Below are positions 1-9,760 of a stretch of 64,000 nt of DNA, piece by piece (within the stretch, counting starts at the first letter, position 1; every line of letters starts with the position of its first letter). The translations under genes were made by a program, and so were the position numbers. This DNA comes from Chloroflexota bacterium. Its GTDB lineage: Bacteria; Chloroflexota; Dehalococcoidia; Lucifugimonadales; UBA3495. Under the pieces are notes generated by a model. It worked only from the letters and a program-made list of their open reading frames with translations. It was not told where the DNA came from and did not search any database. The stretch lies in contig JAPPCX010000112.1 of the NCBI GenBank assembly GCA_028875655.1, positions 141 to 64,140 of the forward strand, in the 5' to 3' direction.

Positions 1-702
1 CTGGTCGGCAACCCAGTTCAGCGCCACCTGCGCCGCCGTCTTGCCCGCCTCGTCCGCAATCTCAGCCAATGCCTGCTGGTCGCGGCTCAACCCCAGCGCC
101 CTACGCAGTCGTCCGCCCCCGTCACCCACCAGCGCGCCCTCATGCAGCGGGGAGTACGCGATGACGGCGATGTTGTGCTGGCGGCAGTAGGGGATGACGT
201 CACGCTCGGCGCGGCGACGGCGCAGGTTGTAGAGAATCTGGTTGGACACGATGGGGTTGTCCTGCATCGCTGCCTGCGCCTCCTGCAGATCCTCCACCGA
301 AAAGTTGCTGACCCCGATGTAATCCACCAGGCCGTCCGCCACCAACCGCTCCATGGCCCGCATGGTCTCCGCGATTGGGACGCCGGGGTTGGGCCAGTGA
401 ATCTGGTACAGGTCAATCTTGTCCACGCCCAACAGGCGCAGGCTCTGATCCGCCGCCCGCAGCACCTCGTCGTAGCGCAGGTTGCTGCCCAGAACCTTGG
501 TGGCGATGAACACCCGATCCCGCATCCCGGCGATGGCCTCGCCCACCTGGTCCTCGGTGCGGTACATCTCCGCGGTGTCGATGAAATTCGCCCCCAGCTC
601 AATCCCCCGGCGCAGCGGCTCCGAGCCCCCGGTGTACCGCCACGTCCCCAGCCCGATCTCGGGAACTGTCACGCCCGATGCTCCTAACCGTTTCAATTCC
701 AT
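1..702 (-). CDS. aldo/keto reductase family oxidoreductase (3' end beyond window edge)
   Basis: Own minus-strand translation from the ATG at 700-702: MELKRLGASGVTVPEIGLGTWRYTGGSEPLRRGIELGANFIDTAEMY...KIDLYQIHWPNPGVPIAETM... The frame is open for all 234 codons to position 1, so it is missing from the ORF track (no stop). Track ORFs 87..602(-) and 142..687(+) are other frames and look like shadow ORFs. Confidence 0.85.
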   Translation of the reverse strand, partial: MELKRLGASGVTVPEIGLGTWRYTGGSEPLRRGIELGANFIDTAEMYRTEDQVGEAIAGMRDRVFIATKVLGSNLRYDEVLRAADQSLRLLGVDKIDLYQIHWPNPGVPIAETMRAMERLVADGLVDYIGVSNFSVEDLQEAQAAMQDNPIVSNQILYNLRRRRAERDVIPYCRQHNIAVIAYSPLHEGALVGDGGGRLRRALGLSRDQQALAEIADEAGKTAAQVALNWVADQ

Positions 703-2240
703 GATATTTCCTCCCGTTCTCTCGCGCTGGCCCGCATCAATATCGCCGGCACAATGGCAACCAGCGCAATCACCCCGGCCGCCCGGTAGAAGCTGTGGAA
801 CAGCCCCAGGCTGGCCGTCTGCAATGTCTCCCGGTATTCCACCAACGCCTGCGCTCGTGCCGCGGCATCCAGCCCCGGCGTCATCAGCGGCGACGGCGTC
901 TCCACCAGGATGGTCAGGAACTCGTTGACCCCCCACGCCGACAGCGCGGCCATGCCCAGCGTCATGCCCAACATCCGCGACACCACCACCATCGACGCCG
1001 CCAGCGCCCGGTAGTCCGACGGGGCGGCGGCGATGGCCCGGTGCATCAGCGGCGCGATGACCAGTCCGAACCCGACGCCGGCCACCACCATGTCCAGCGT
1101 CAGCCTCGGCTCCGCGATGTCCAGCGGCCAGCCGCTCAGCCGGAACATCCCCGCCGCGATGAGCGCCAGCCCGACCACGGCCATCCACCGAGCATCCACC
1201 CAGCGCAGCAGCCATCCGCCCACGATGGCGAACACCGGTATCGTCGCCGTCATCCGCAGCAGCCACAGCGCGGCGGTGGTGGCATCCACCGGGCGCTCCG
1301 GGCGGTTCATCACCGTGTTGGCCATGATTACCGTCGTGGCCATGGCGATGATCAGCGCGACTCCCACCAGCAGTTGGCAGGCGTTGGCGGTTACGAACGC
1401 CCAGGCTCGGAACAGCACCGCCGACAGCAACGGCTGCGCCGCCCGCCGCTGCGACCACACCAGCGCGCCCACGCACACCGTGAACCCCGCCAGCAGCAGG
1501 CAGGGCGTCCACGACGACAGCCGGAACAGTCCCTCGTGGGCAAAGGTCAGAGACAGCAGCACCAGCGCCCCGGTCAGGATCGCCGCGCCCCGGTAGTCCA
1601 TCCGCGTTTCAGACGCAGCCTGCTTCGGCACCCAGAGCAACGCCGCTGCGATTGCTGCCGCCTGCGGCACGTTCAGCCAGAAGATGGCCCGCCAACCCCA
1701 GAGCTCGATGACCGCGCCTCCGTAGGCCGGCCCCAGCATACTACCCGCCTCCGCCGCGCCGGCCACGATGCCCAGCGCCAGGCCGCGCTGTTGGGGCGAC
1801 GTCAGGCCGGCGGCGATGGCCAGGCTGATGGGGACCGCGCCGCCGCCGCCAATGGCCTGGATGACTCGCGCCACGACAATCTGGTCCAACGGTTCCAGCA
1901 GACCGTTCAGCCATTCCGATTCACCGGACAACGCCACCAGCGTCGTCCCGATGCCGAACACCGCCAGCGACGCCCAGTAGATGCGGACGTAGCCGTACAC
2001 GTCAGCCAGCCGTCCCAGCAGCGGCATCGCTACGGTGTAGCCCAGCAGGTAGGCCGTCACCACCCAGATTACCGACTCCAGCCGGATGATTGGCACCTTC
2101 AGGTCGGCCATCACCGCCGGCAGGGCGGTCACCACCACCGTCTGGTCAAGGGCGGTGATGAACGCGCCGCACGCCACCACGGCCACCAGCGCCCATTGGC
2201 GGCGGGAGGAAATTGGCGCGTGGTTCGACGAGCTCACCAT
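693..2240 (-). CDS. MFS transporter, DHA2/EmrB-QacA-like
   Basis: 515 aa, hydrophobic throughout. ITALDQTVVVTALP and LGRLADVYG motifs are typical of DHA2 drug:H+ antiporters. The stop overlaps the AKR start (ATGGAATTGA). The first six codons (MVSSSN) lie inside a REP copy at 2222-2248. Confidence 0.85.
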   Translation of the reverse strand: MVSSSNHAPISSRRQWALVAVVACGAFITALDQTVVVTALPAVMADLKVPIIRLESVIWVVTAYLLGYTVAMPLLGRLADVYGYVRIYWASLAVFGIGTTLVALSGESEWLNGLLEPLDQIVVARVIQAIGGGGAVPISLAIAAGLTSPQQRGLALGIVAGAAEAGSMLGPAYGGAVIELWGWRAIFWLNVPQAAAIAAALLWVPKQAASETRMDYRGAAILTGALVLLSLTFAHEGLFRLSSWTPCLLLAGFTVCVGALVWSQRRAAQPLLSAVLFRAWAFVTANACQLLVGVALIIAMATTVIMANTVMNRPERPVDATTAALWLLRMTATIPVFAIVGGWLLRWVDARWMAVVGLALIAAGMFRLSGWPLDIAEPRLTLDMVVAGVGFGLVIAPLMHRAIAAAPSDYRALAASMVVVSRMLGMTLGMAALSAWGVNEFLTILVETPSPLMTPGLDAAARAQALVEYRETLQTASLGLFHSFYRAAGVIALVAIVPAILMRASAREREEISWN

Positions 2241-2278
2241 GAGCGGGGCTGACGCTGTTTCTCTATGACAGAAGAGAA

Positions 2279-3061
2279 TCAGCCGCCGGTCAGATCAACG
2301 AACTCGTCGGGTGGCTGGATCGTCACCGTCCCGTCGATGTTCGTCAGCAGGATCTCGCGCACGGTGTCCGGCTGGTCGAAGGGGCCCACGGGGCCGGCAA
2401 GGCGGAGCTTCCGCAGCTGCTTCCGTTCCGTGTCGGTCCAGACCTCCATCTGCAAGGTCTGGCTGGCATCCGGATTCAGCGGCAGCCAGTCCAGCAGTGT
2501 CGCCGGAGCCTCCCCGGATATTCTGTACGCGGACTGCCCATCCAGGCTTTCCTGGCCGGCCAGGACCGGGTCGGCAACCCCTGCAACCAGATCGGCTACC
2601 AGGAGATTCAGCCGGTCCACCGGTATCGGGGACATCGCCGGGGGTTGTTTCATCCACGCGCCCGACAGCGGATCCGTCGCGTAGTAGGCGTCCCCGGTGA
2701 TCACCGCCAGCATCTGGATGTAAATGCCCGATTCCGGGTCGGTCTGGGCATCCGGCACCAGGTAGGCGTCAATCGCCAGGTCCGCGCCCTGCTCGCTTTC
2801 CCACGCCCCGCTGGCCTCGGTCATCTTGGCGCTGAAACCCGGGATGAAAATCGCGCCCGTTTCGTGCCGCACCACGAACTCGGCGGATTTGAAGGCGCGG
2901 AGGTTCGCCGCCGTCTCCTCAATCAGCAGCGCCGGGTCAGGCGGCGGAGTGGGCGTCGGCGGAACCGGCGTAGGTGTCGGCGCAGCAGCGGGGGCGGGCG
3001 GCCCGGTGCAGGCCATGGCCAGAGCAGTCAGTAACAGAGCAATAGCCCAGAGTCTTTTCAA
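2279..3061 (-). CDS. secreted lipoprotein, LppX/LprAFG-like (tentative)
   Basis: Signal peptide with lipobox (LLLTALAMAC), a Pro/Thr-rich linker, then a ~200 aa domain whose layout resembles LprG-type lipoproteins. The family call is from memory only. Confidence 0.55.
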   Translation of the reverse strand: MKRLWAIALLLTALAMACTGPPAPAAAPTPTPVPPTPTPPPDPALLIEETAANLRAFKSAEFVVRHETGAIFIPGFSAKMTEASGAWESEQGADLAIDAYLVPDAQTDPESGIYIQMLAVITGDAYYATDPLSGAWMKQPPAMSPIPVDRLNLLVADLVAGVADPVLAGQESLDGQSAYRISGEAPATLLDWLPLNPDASQTLQMEVWTDTERKQLRKLRLAGPVGPFDQPDTVREILLTNIDGTVTIQPPDEFVDLTGG

Positions 3062-3110
3062 AATCGCTACCGTCCGCTCGCGCCGAGCCTAAAGCCCGTT
3101 GACAAGTATC

Positions 3111-3211
3111 GTCATTCCCGCGAAAGCGGGAATCCAGTGTCCGAACTCGTTAATCACGCTTCCGACTTGTGTACCGTATGACTTCTGGACTCCTGCTTTC
3201 GCAGGAGTAAC
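3111..3211. repeat. 101-nt composite REP element (two different hairpins)
   Basis: GTCATTCCCGCGAAAGCGGGAATCCAG (3111-3137), a spacer, then CTGGACTCCTGCTTTCGCAGGAGTAAC (3185-3211). A collinear copy lies at 13853-13953. Confidence 0.8.
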
Positions 3212-3240
3212 AAGATTACTTGCAAGTCGCTTCGTGAGTC

Positions 3241-4620
3241 TTACCGGGGCGACCACACCGCAATTCCGCCGGGGGCAATGTCTCGCAAGCCGCCCGGTTC
3301 TCCCACTTCCGCCACGTACACGTGCGGCCCGGCGGCGCCGCTGCCATTCCGGCGCTGCGAGAGGTACTGCTGGTTGCCGGCCACCACCAGCGCCGACCCG
3401 TCGGGCACCCACGGCGAATGGCTGCGGGCGTACTGGTCGAAGAACGCCAGCATCAGAAAGGTCTCCCCGCTGGGTGAAAACCTCAGCCCGCCCACGGCGT
3501 CGTCCGATTCGGCAGGTTCCGGCTGCCCGGTGTCGCCGTTGGCGATCCGCCATTCCATGGTTCGCTCTTCGCTGTTCAGGGCCACCCATGCCAGTCGCTG
3601 ACCGTTCGGTTCCCAGAAAAAACCCAGCACCCAGTCGTCTTCCCTTACGGTGCGTTCCGCGCTGCCGTCGGCGGCCACCAGGCGCAGGCGACGGTATGCC
3701 GGCGAGCCTTCATCCTGGCGGTCGGCTACGGCCAGCACCCGTCCATCCGACGACCACAGAAACGCGCAGGCTCCCTCTACTTCAGCCAACCGCATGGGCG
3801 GATAGTTCGCTTCATACGGCTTGCCCAGCCACACGGCTTCGCTGTCGCCGCCGGGAGCCGACCAGGCCAGCGTGGTTCCGTCGGGCGACCACGCCGGGGT
3901 GCGGAACGAACGAGACCGGCCGATGGGTTTAACCGTAAACGCAGTTCCCGCGTCGTTCAAGCTCAGCACCATCAACTCCTGGCCGCTGTGCACCGCCACG
4001 GAACGGCTGTCCGGCGACCAGTCAAAGTACAATGGCGCTCCCCGCACCACCGGCATCCCGGACGATGTAACCGCTTCGCCGTCCGCCGGGTTGGCCTCAA
4101 TCACGTACAGCGACAGTCCTTCCGGCGTCGCGGCGGTGATGCCCAGCATCCGGCCGTTGGGCGACCACTGCACGTAGTGGGGCGTGCCCTCGGCGATGGT
4201 CAGCGGCGCCGAGTTGACGAACACCGCGCCGCCCACGCCGCTGGAGGATTCCAGCGTCTGCACGCTCATCTCCGCCTCGGACGGCCGGCTGCCGCTGATC
4301 AGCGACACTGCGATTCGACTCCCGTCCGGCGACCAGACGGGCCAGCCGTAGAGTCGGTTTTCGCTAATAGGCTGCGCCATCGTGCCACCGACGCGGCCTG
4401 TCGCGTCGGCAACCGCCCCGGTGGTGAGCGTGCTGCGTTCGCTGCCGTCGGGGTTGATGGTGACCAGCTGCCCGTCCGAGGCTATGTAGGCAATGCGGTT
4501 GATGGTCATGGGATCGTGCGGTGCGCCGATTTTGCCGTCCGGGGCGCACGCCAGTGTGATTGCCAGTACGAAAACTCCGATGGCAGTGAATGCCGGCAAG
4601 CAGTTGGTTAGCGTGGGCAT
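3241..4620 (-). CDS. TolB-like PD40 beta-propeller protein, probable lipoprotein
   Basis: About eight WSPDG-type blades (WSPDGSRIA, WSPNGRML, WSPDSRSVA, WSPDGTTLA, WSSDGRVLA, WEPNGQRLA...). The ORF extends to 4698. I prefer the ATG at 4620 (MPTLTNCLPAFTAIGVFVLAITLAC, signal peptide plus lipobox), which also removes the overlap with tmk. Confidence 0.75.
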   Translation of the reverse strand: MPTLTNCLPAFTAIGVFVLAITLACAPDGKIGAPHDPMTINRIAYIASDGQLVTINPDGSERSTLTTGAVADATGRVGGTMAQPISENRLYGWPVWSPDGSRIAVSLISGSRPSEAEMSVQTLESSSGVGGAVFVNSAPLTIAEGTPHYVQWSPNGRMLGITAATPEGLSLYVIEANPADGEAVTSSGMPVVRGAPLYFDWSPDSRSVAVHSGQELMVLSLNDAGTAFTVKPIGRSRSFRTPAWSPDGTTLAWSAPGGDSEAVWLGKPYEANYPPMRLAEVEGACAFLWSSDGRVLAVADRQDEGSPAYRRLRLVAADGSAERTVREDDWVLGFFWEPNGQRLAWVALNSEERTMEWRIANGDTGQPEPAESDDAVGGLRFSPSGETFLMLAFFDQYARSHSPWVPDGSALVVAGNQQYLSQRRNGSGAAGPHVYVAEVGEPGGLRDIAPGGIAVWSPR

Positions 4621-4657
4621 CGCGGGTACGGTAACACCCGGCAGGTGGTTTGGCAAA

Positions 4658-5296
4658 CTAGGGGAGCTGGGACACCGCATTCCACACGGAGGCGGCAACC
4701 GCGTCGATGGACCGGTTGCCGTCGATTATCCGCCAAGTTTCGGGGTTGTCTTCGGCCTGTTTGAGAAAGCCCCGGCGCACCCGGTCGTGAAAGGCCATGG
4801 TTTCGTCTTCAAAGCGGTCCGGCGCGTCGCCCATGGGAAGCGCCAGTTGCGGTTGCCGCTCATTCACGCGGCCCAACCCGATCACCGGGTCGATGTCCAG
4901 AAGGATCGTCAGGTCGGGGTAGCGCCCGCCGGTGGCAAAATCGTTCAGCCACTCAATCCGGCTCAAGTCAATGCCCCGTCCGTAGCCCTGGTAAGCAATC
5001 GTCGAGCCGGCGAAGCGGTCGGCGATGACGACCGCGCCGGATTCCAGCAGCGGCATCACCCGTTCGGCCATGAGTTCAGCCCTGGCGGACTCAAACATAA
5101 GCAGTTCCGCCAACGGAGAGACGGGCTGCCCGCCAATCAGGTACTGCCGCAGGTAGTCTCCCAGGACGGTGGAACCCGGCTCGCGCAGCAGCGTGCTGCG
5201 ATAGCCTGCTCGCTGCAATGCTGCTTCCAGCATGGCGGCCTGCGTTGACTTGCCCGCGCCTTCACCGCCTTCAAAGGCTATGAATACCCCGGCCAT
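4658..5296 (-). CDS. tmk: thymidylate kinase
   Basis: MAGVFIAFEGGEGAGKSTQ P-loop, LLREPGST, DRF..ST.AYQG. The track start at 5311 is a GTG abutting a REP hairpin; the ATG at 5296 is preferred. Confidence 0.9.
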   Translation of the reverse strand: MAGVFIAFEGGEGAGKSTQAAMLEAALQRAGYRSTLLREPGSTVLGDYLRQYLIGGQPVSPLAELLMFESARAELMAERVMPLLESGAVVIADRFAGSTIAYQGYGRGIDLSRIEWLNDFATGGRYPDLTILLDIDPVIGLGRVNERQPQLALPMGDAPDRFEDETMAFHDRVRRGFLKQAEDNPETWRIIDGNRSIDAVAASVWNAVSQLP

Positions 5297-5314
5297 TGGC
5301 GTTATTCGCACTCT

Positions 5315-5341
5315 CTGGATTCCCGCGTTCGCGGGAATGAC
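5315..5341. repeat. REP family 1 hairpin
   Basis: CTGGATTCCCGCGTTCGCGGGAATGAC, an 8-bp stem (ATTCCCGC/GCGGGAAT) with a 4-nt loop. Confidence 0.85.
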
Positions 5342-5350
5342 GGGAAGGGA

Positions 5351-7015
5351 TTAGGGACGGTAGATGAGCACGCCGCGTTGCGGGTCCCGGCCCCGGCTAG
5401 CGGAGGCCAGGTTGAATTCCTCGGCCAGCATGTGCTGGAGGCGCCGGATGTACGGACGCTGGGGTTCCAGCTGCACGCTGAACTCGCCGGACAGCACCCG
5501 GCGGGCCGCTTCCTCCGCCTCGGCCCGGGCGGCGGCCTCCGCCTCAGCGTTCGCCTCTTCCTTGTGGCGTCCGGACGGCGGCGGCAACTCGATGCCCTGA
5601 TCGCGGGCCATGGAGGTAAGAAATTCACCCACCTGGGGAACGGTATTCTTGCGCAACACGTACACCGGCACGCTGTTGTTTTCGGCGACGCGCACCAACT
5701 GGCTGCCCCGGCGGTAGTGGTTCTTGGTGGTCAGCAGGACGTTGGCCCGACGCAGTTCGCTAACGATCTCCGCAGTCGCGCCCCGTTCGGCCAGGGCCGC
5801 CTCAACCTTGTCCCGACTGACTCCAAAGAGGAAGATACGCGCTTCCAGGCGAGGGCCGGCCGACCCGCTGGCGTCCGCTTCGTCCTGGAAACGTTCCGGC
5901 GGATACTGCTCATAAGTGTCCTGCCCCCTTCCGTTCCGGTTCCTGCCCCGGCGATTGCGGATTTCGTTGGCGGCCCAGGGCGTCGGCGCCGCCTCGTTCT
6001 GACGGGTTGCGGCCGTTCGCGTGATGTTGCCGTCTTCGTTCATGTGGCGGATTTCCGGCTCAACCGGATACCCCCGCAGCCACTGGTCAACCACTTGGGC
6101 CACATCGTCATGCACCGCGACCTCGTTCCAGTCCTGAATTTCCACCACCACGTCGAAGGTTGGCGGGGCTTTGCGCTCCAGCACGGTTTTCTGAGTGCCC
6201 CGGAACCGGGCCTCCTGGTCGCCCAGCGTAACGGTTTGGACGCCGCCGATGAGGTCCGACAGGGTGGGGTTCATTATCAGGTTGTCCAGAGTATTGCCGT
6301 GGGCGGTGGCCACCAGCTGAACGCCGCGCTCGGCGATGGTTCGCGCCGCGGCGGCCTCCTGAGTGGTTCCCATTTCGTCGATGATGATGACCTGCGGCAT
6401 GTGGTTTTCCACCGCCTCGATCATCACGCCGTGCTGCTCGGTGGGAGCGGGCACCTGCATTCGCCGGGCGTGGCCGATGGCCGGGTGGGGGATGTCCCCG
6501 TCGCCGGCGATTTCGTTGGAGGTATCGACGATGATCACGCGCTTGCGGGCTTCGTCGGCCAGCACACGGGCGACCTCCCGCAGCATGGTGGTCTTGCCAA
6601 CGCCGGGGCGGCCCAGCAGCAGTATGTTCTTGCCGCCGTAGGCCAGATCCTCAATTATCTTGATGGTGCCGAATACTGCCCGCCCCACCCGACAGGTAAT
6701 GCCCACCACACTGCCGTTGCGGTTGCGGATGGCCGAAATGCGGTGCAGGGTGCGCTCCATCCCCGCCCGGTTGTCACCCCCGAAATCCCCCACGCCGGAC
6801 ACCACGTGCTGCAGGTCCTCCCGCCCGACGGGTTCCTCATCCAGCATCACGTCGCCGGACGAAAAACGCGCTTCGGGGGGCCGGCCCAGATCGAGGACTA
6901 TCTCCAGCAGGTCATCAAGGTCGTCCTGCCCTTGTAATCCGGCCAGCACCCGTGGCGGCAGCACGCTCAGAAGTTGTTGCAATTCATCGTGGGCCAGTTG
7001 CTCGACCGTTACCAA
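5351..7015 (-). CDS. AAA+ ATPase of SpoIIIAA/Ycf45 type with C-terminal R3H domain
   Basis: Walker A LLLGRPGVGKTT, Walker B VIIIDEMG, HGNTLDNL. The C-terminal segment YIRRLQHMLAEEFNL...GVLIYRP fits an R3H nucleic-acid-binding domain. Confidence 0.8.
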   Translation of the reverse strand: MVTVEQLAHDELQQLLSVLPPRVLAGLQGQDDLDDLLEIVLDLGRPPEARFSSGDVMLDEEPVGREDLQHVVSGVGDFGGDNRAGMERTLHRISAIRNRNGSVVGITCRVGRAVFGTIKIIEDLAYGGKNILLLGRPGVGKTTMLREVARVLADEARKRVIIVDTSNEIAGDGDIPHPAIGHARRMQVPAPTEQHGVMIEAVENHMPQVIIIDEMGTTQEAAAARTIAERGVQLVATAHGNTLDNLIMNPTLSDLIGGVQTVTLGDQEARFRGTQKTVLERKAPPTFDVVVEIQDWNEVAVHDDVAQVVDQWLRGYPVEPEIRHMNEDGNITRTAATRQNEAAPTPWAANEIRNRRGRNRNGRGQDTYEQYPPERFQDEADASGSAGPRLEARIFLFGVSRDKVEAALAERGATAEIVSELRRANVLLTTKNHYRRGSQLVRVAENNSVPVYVLRKNTVPQVGEFLTSMARDQGIELPPPSGRHKEEANAEAEAAARAEAEEAARRVLSGEFSVQLEPQRPYIRRLQHMLAEEFNLASASRGRDPQRGVLIYRP

Positions 7016-7027
7016 CTATGCCCTCCT

Positions 7028-7669
7028 TTACGAATCCTGCACCAGACGCCCCCGCACCCGGGGAGATTCAATCAGGGGCGCGTTCTCGTCGTATGCCGGC
7101 CCGCCGGCCATGGCGACAAAGTACCGGTGCATCCGCGCGTCGGCAGTGAGTTCGGGATGGAACGCCGTCGCCAGCAGGTTTTTCTGCTGAACCGCCACCG
7201 GCCGGCCATCGGGCAACGCCGACAGAACATCCACTTCCTTGCCGACTCGCATGATCACGGGCGCCCTGATGAAGATGGCGTGGTACGAGTGGGGACCAAG
7301 CCCCTTGATGGTCAGGTCCTGCTCGAACGAATCCACCTGCCGGCCGAACGCGTTGCGCTGCACGCCCACATCCATCACCGCCAGCGGAACCGGGTCCTCC
7401 TCGGTGATTTCCGCTGCCAGCATGATCATGCCGGCGCAGGTTCCCCAAACGGCCTTGCCCGACGCAGCCATGTCAGCCACCGGCTCGCGCAGGCGGTAAA
7501 GGGACATCAGGCGGCTGAGCGTGGTGCTCTCGCCGCCAGGAATGATGAGGCCGTCCAGCCCAGCCAAGTGGTCCGGCAGTCGCACCTCCGTGGCGTCAGC
7601 GCCGATGCTGCGCAGCACGTGACAATGCTCCGCAAAATCCCCTTGTACTGCCAAAACGCCGATGTTCAA
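7028..7669 (-). CDS. pdxT: pyridoxal 5'-phosphate synthase, glutaminase subunit
   Basis: MNIGVLAVQGDFAEH, IIPGGESTT, WGTCAGMI (catalytic Cys), AFHPELT. It lies directly downstream of pdxS. Confidence 0.92.
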   Translation of the reverse strand: MNIGVLAVQGDFAEHCHVLRSIGADATEVRLPDHLAGLDGLIIPGGESTTLSRLMSLYRLREPVADMAASGKAVWGTCAGMIMLAAEITEEDPVPLAVMDVGVQRNAFGRQVDSFEQDLTIKGLGPHSYHAIFIRAPVIMRVGKEVDVLSALPDGRPVAVQQKNLLATAFHPELTADARMHRYFVAMAGGPAYDENAPLIESPRVRGRLVQDS

Positions 7670-7678
7670 GGTGTGGGG

Positions 7679-8572
7679 CTATATGCTGCGGGTGGCCAGA
7701 AGTTCGCTTTCGGTCAGTTCCCGGACGCTCCTGCCTACCATGGGCTCGCCCAGGTCACGGGACACGTCGGCCAGGATATGCGGATCGTTGTAGTGAGTCA
7801 CAGCCTGCACGATGGCATGGCCGCGGCTGGCCGGGTCGCCGGACTTGAAGATTCCGGAGCCGACGAACACGCCGTCGGCGCCCAGTTGCATCATCAGGGC
7901 CGCGTCCGCCGGAGTCGCCACGCCGCCGGCCGCAAAGTTGACCACGGGCAGGCGTCCTTCCTCGCGGGTCTGCTGCAGCAGGTCGAGGCTGACGCGCAGG
8001 TCGCGGGCCTCCACCACCAGCTCGTCGTCCGGCATGGTGCGGAGCTTGCGGATGGCGTCCTGAACGGCGCGCATGTGGCGCACCGCCTCCACCACGTCCC
8101 CGGTGCCGGCCTCGCCCTTGGTGCGGATCATGGCCGCGCCTTCCGAGATGCGGCGCAGCGCTTCGCCCAAGTCGCGGCAGCCACAGACGAAGGGGACAGT
8201 GAAATCGTGCTTCCACACGTGGTGCATTTCGTCGGCGGGGGTGAGGACTTCGGACTCGTCCACATAGTCCACGCCCATCGCTTCAAGTATCTGGGCCTCG
8301 ACGAAGTGTCCGATGCGGCACTTGGCCATGACCGGGATTGAAACCGAGTCGATAATTTCAGCGATCATGGACGGATCGCTCATGCGCGCCACGCCGCCAT
8401 CCGCGCGGATGTCGGCCGGGACACGTTCCAGCGCCATCACCGCGACGGCCCCCGCTTCCTGCGCAATGCGGGCCTGCTCAGGGGTAACCACGTCCATAAT
8501 CACCCCGCCCTTGAGCATCTGGGCATGGCCGGACTTGACGGTGAAAGTGCCGGTCAGAATTTCAGCAACCAT
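7679..8572 (-). CDS. pdxS: pyridoxal 5'-phosphate synthase, lyase subunit
   Basis: [49 protein letters not shown] is near-invariant PdxS sequence. Confidence 0.95.
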   Translation of the reverse strand: MVAEILTGTFTVKSGHAQMLKGGVIMDVVTPEQARIAQEAGAVAVMALERVPADIRADGGVARMSDPSMIAEIIDSVSIPVMAKCRIGHFVEAQILEAMGVDYVDESEVLTPADEMHHVWKHDFTVPFVCGCRDLGEALRRISEGAAMIRTKGEAGTGDVVEAVRHMRAVQDAIRKLRTMPDDELVVEARDLRVSLDLLQQTREEGRLPVVNFAAGGVATPADAALMMQLGADGVFVGSGIFKSGDPASRGHAIVQAVTHYNDPHILADVSRDLGEPMVGRSVRELTESELLATRSI

Positions 8573-8631
8573 TGAGAGCGCCTCCTCTACTACGTTAGGG
8601 ATGCTACAGGCCCATTATAGCCGCCGCTTCC

Positions 8632-9648
8632 TCAATACTCAATCCGGTAAACCCGCGCCGCGTTGTCGTGGAACATCGCGGCCCGCTCGCCGGCCGAGTA
8701 CCCCGCCGTCATGCGCTTGAAGGCGTTGTACATCACGTGGTACGAGTACGATACCTTGTCCGGCGGGAAGTTGCTCTCGAACAGGCAGCGCTCCGGTCCG
8801 AACTGCTCGATGCAGTAGTTCATCAGCGGCGCCATCGCCTCCGCGAGTTCCTCCGACCCGATGGGCCGGTCACGCAGGTGCCAGTCGAACCCGTACCGCG
8901 GCTGGCCCACGCCGCCCAGCTTCATCACCACGTTGGGACACTCTGCCAGTTTCGCGATTCCGTCCCGCCAGGCCGGCAGCACCTCGTCGTCCCGGCCCGC
9001 ATACGGCCCGATCCGCATCAGGCCGCCGATGTGGTTGGACACGATGGTCAGGTCCGGCACGGCCCTGGCAAAGTCGGCCAGCTCGCCCAACTGCGGGAAA
9101 TAGACCACGTTGTCGTAGGCCAGGCCCCGGCTAGCAAGCACCTGCGCTCCGGCCCGGAAATCGGCGCTTGCCAACTGCCCGTCGAAACTGCGGCTCTCCA
9201 CCTCCGGATGCGGGTCCCAGCTGGTGTTGTGGCGGATGCCCCGGAACCGGTTGGGACTCGCCGCTTGCAGTGCGTCCAGCACCCGCGCCACGTCCGCCCC
9301 CAAGTTCAGGTTGGCGTGCCCGACGATGGCCGCTGCCGCGCGACCCGGCCCGTAGAGTCCGCTGGCGCTGGCCGCCGCCAGCCCCTGCACAAACTCCACC
9401 TCGCCCACGGGACGCAGTTCCTCCGGCCCGGTCTGCCGGTACATCGCCCGCGCCTCCAGGAACACCGTGGAGCGCACGTTGTGTCCGCTGTTGATATCCG
9501 CAGCCAGCTCGTGCAGCAGGTAACGGTGGTATGGGACGCGATCCATCCGGTAGTCCCAGAAGTGATGGTGGGCGTCACAGATGGGCAGTTCCGGCTCCAA
9601 CGTATCCTCGGTGGTCAGGGCCAGCCAGTCGTTATCTCCATACGGCAT
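8632..9648 (-). CDS. amidohydrolase-2 family metal-dependent hydrolase
   Basis: ICDAHHHFWD at the N-terminus and a TIM-barrel hydrolase pattern (SNHIGG, FESNFPPDK). Confidence 0.8.
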   Translation of the reverse strand: MPYGDNDWLALTTEDTLEPELPICDAHHHFWDYRMDRVPYHRYLLHELAADINSGHNVRSTVFLEARAMYRQTGPEELRPVGEVEFVQGLAAASASGLYGPGRAAAAIVGHANLNLGADVARVLDALQAASPNRFRGIRHNTSWDPHPEVESRSFDGQLASADFRAGAQVLASRGLAYDNVVYFPQLGELADFARAVPDLTIVSNHIGGLMRIGPYAGRDDEVLPAWRDGIAKLAECPNVVMKLGGVGQPRYGFDWHLRDRPIGSEELAEAMAPLMNYCIEQFGPERCLFESNFPPDKVSYSYHVMYNAFKRMTAGYSAGERAAMFHDNAARVYRIEY

Positions 9649-9760
9649 AGCAGCGCCTCCAATCCTGTGTGTCGTCGCCCAATCCTAGCACACCGGCCAC
9701 CCGCGCCGTCCCGGGCCCCATGCCTTACTCCGCTCATCCTGCACCCCGTGCCGTACCCGC

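Noticed and set aside
795-2252. 485-aa plus-strand ORF
   Set aside because: It is antisense to the clearly real MFS gene. The product is Arg/Pro/Gly/His-rich, low-complexity and without motifs. This is a typical shadow ORF of GC-rich DNA.
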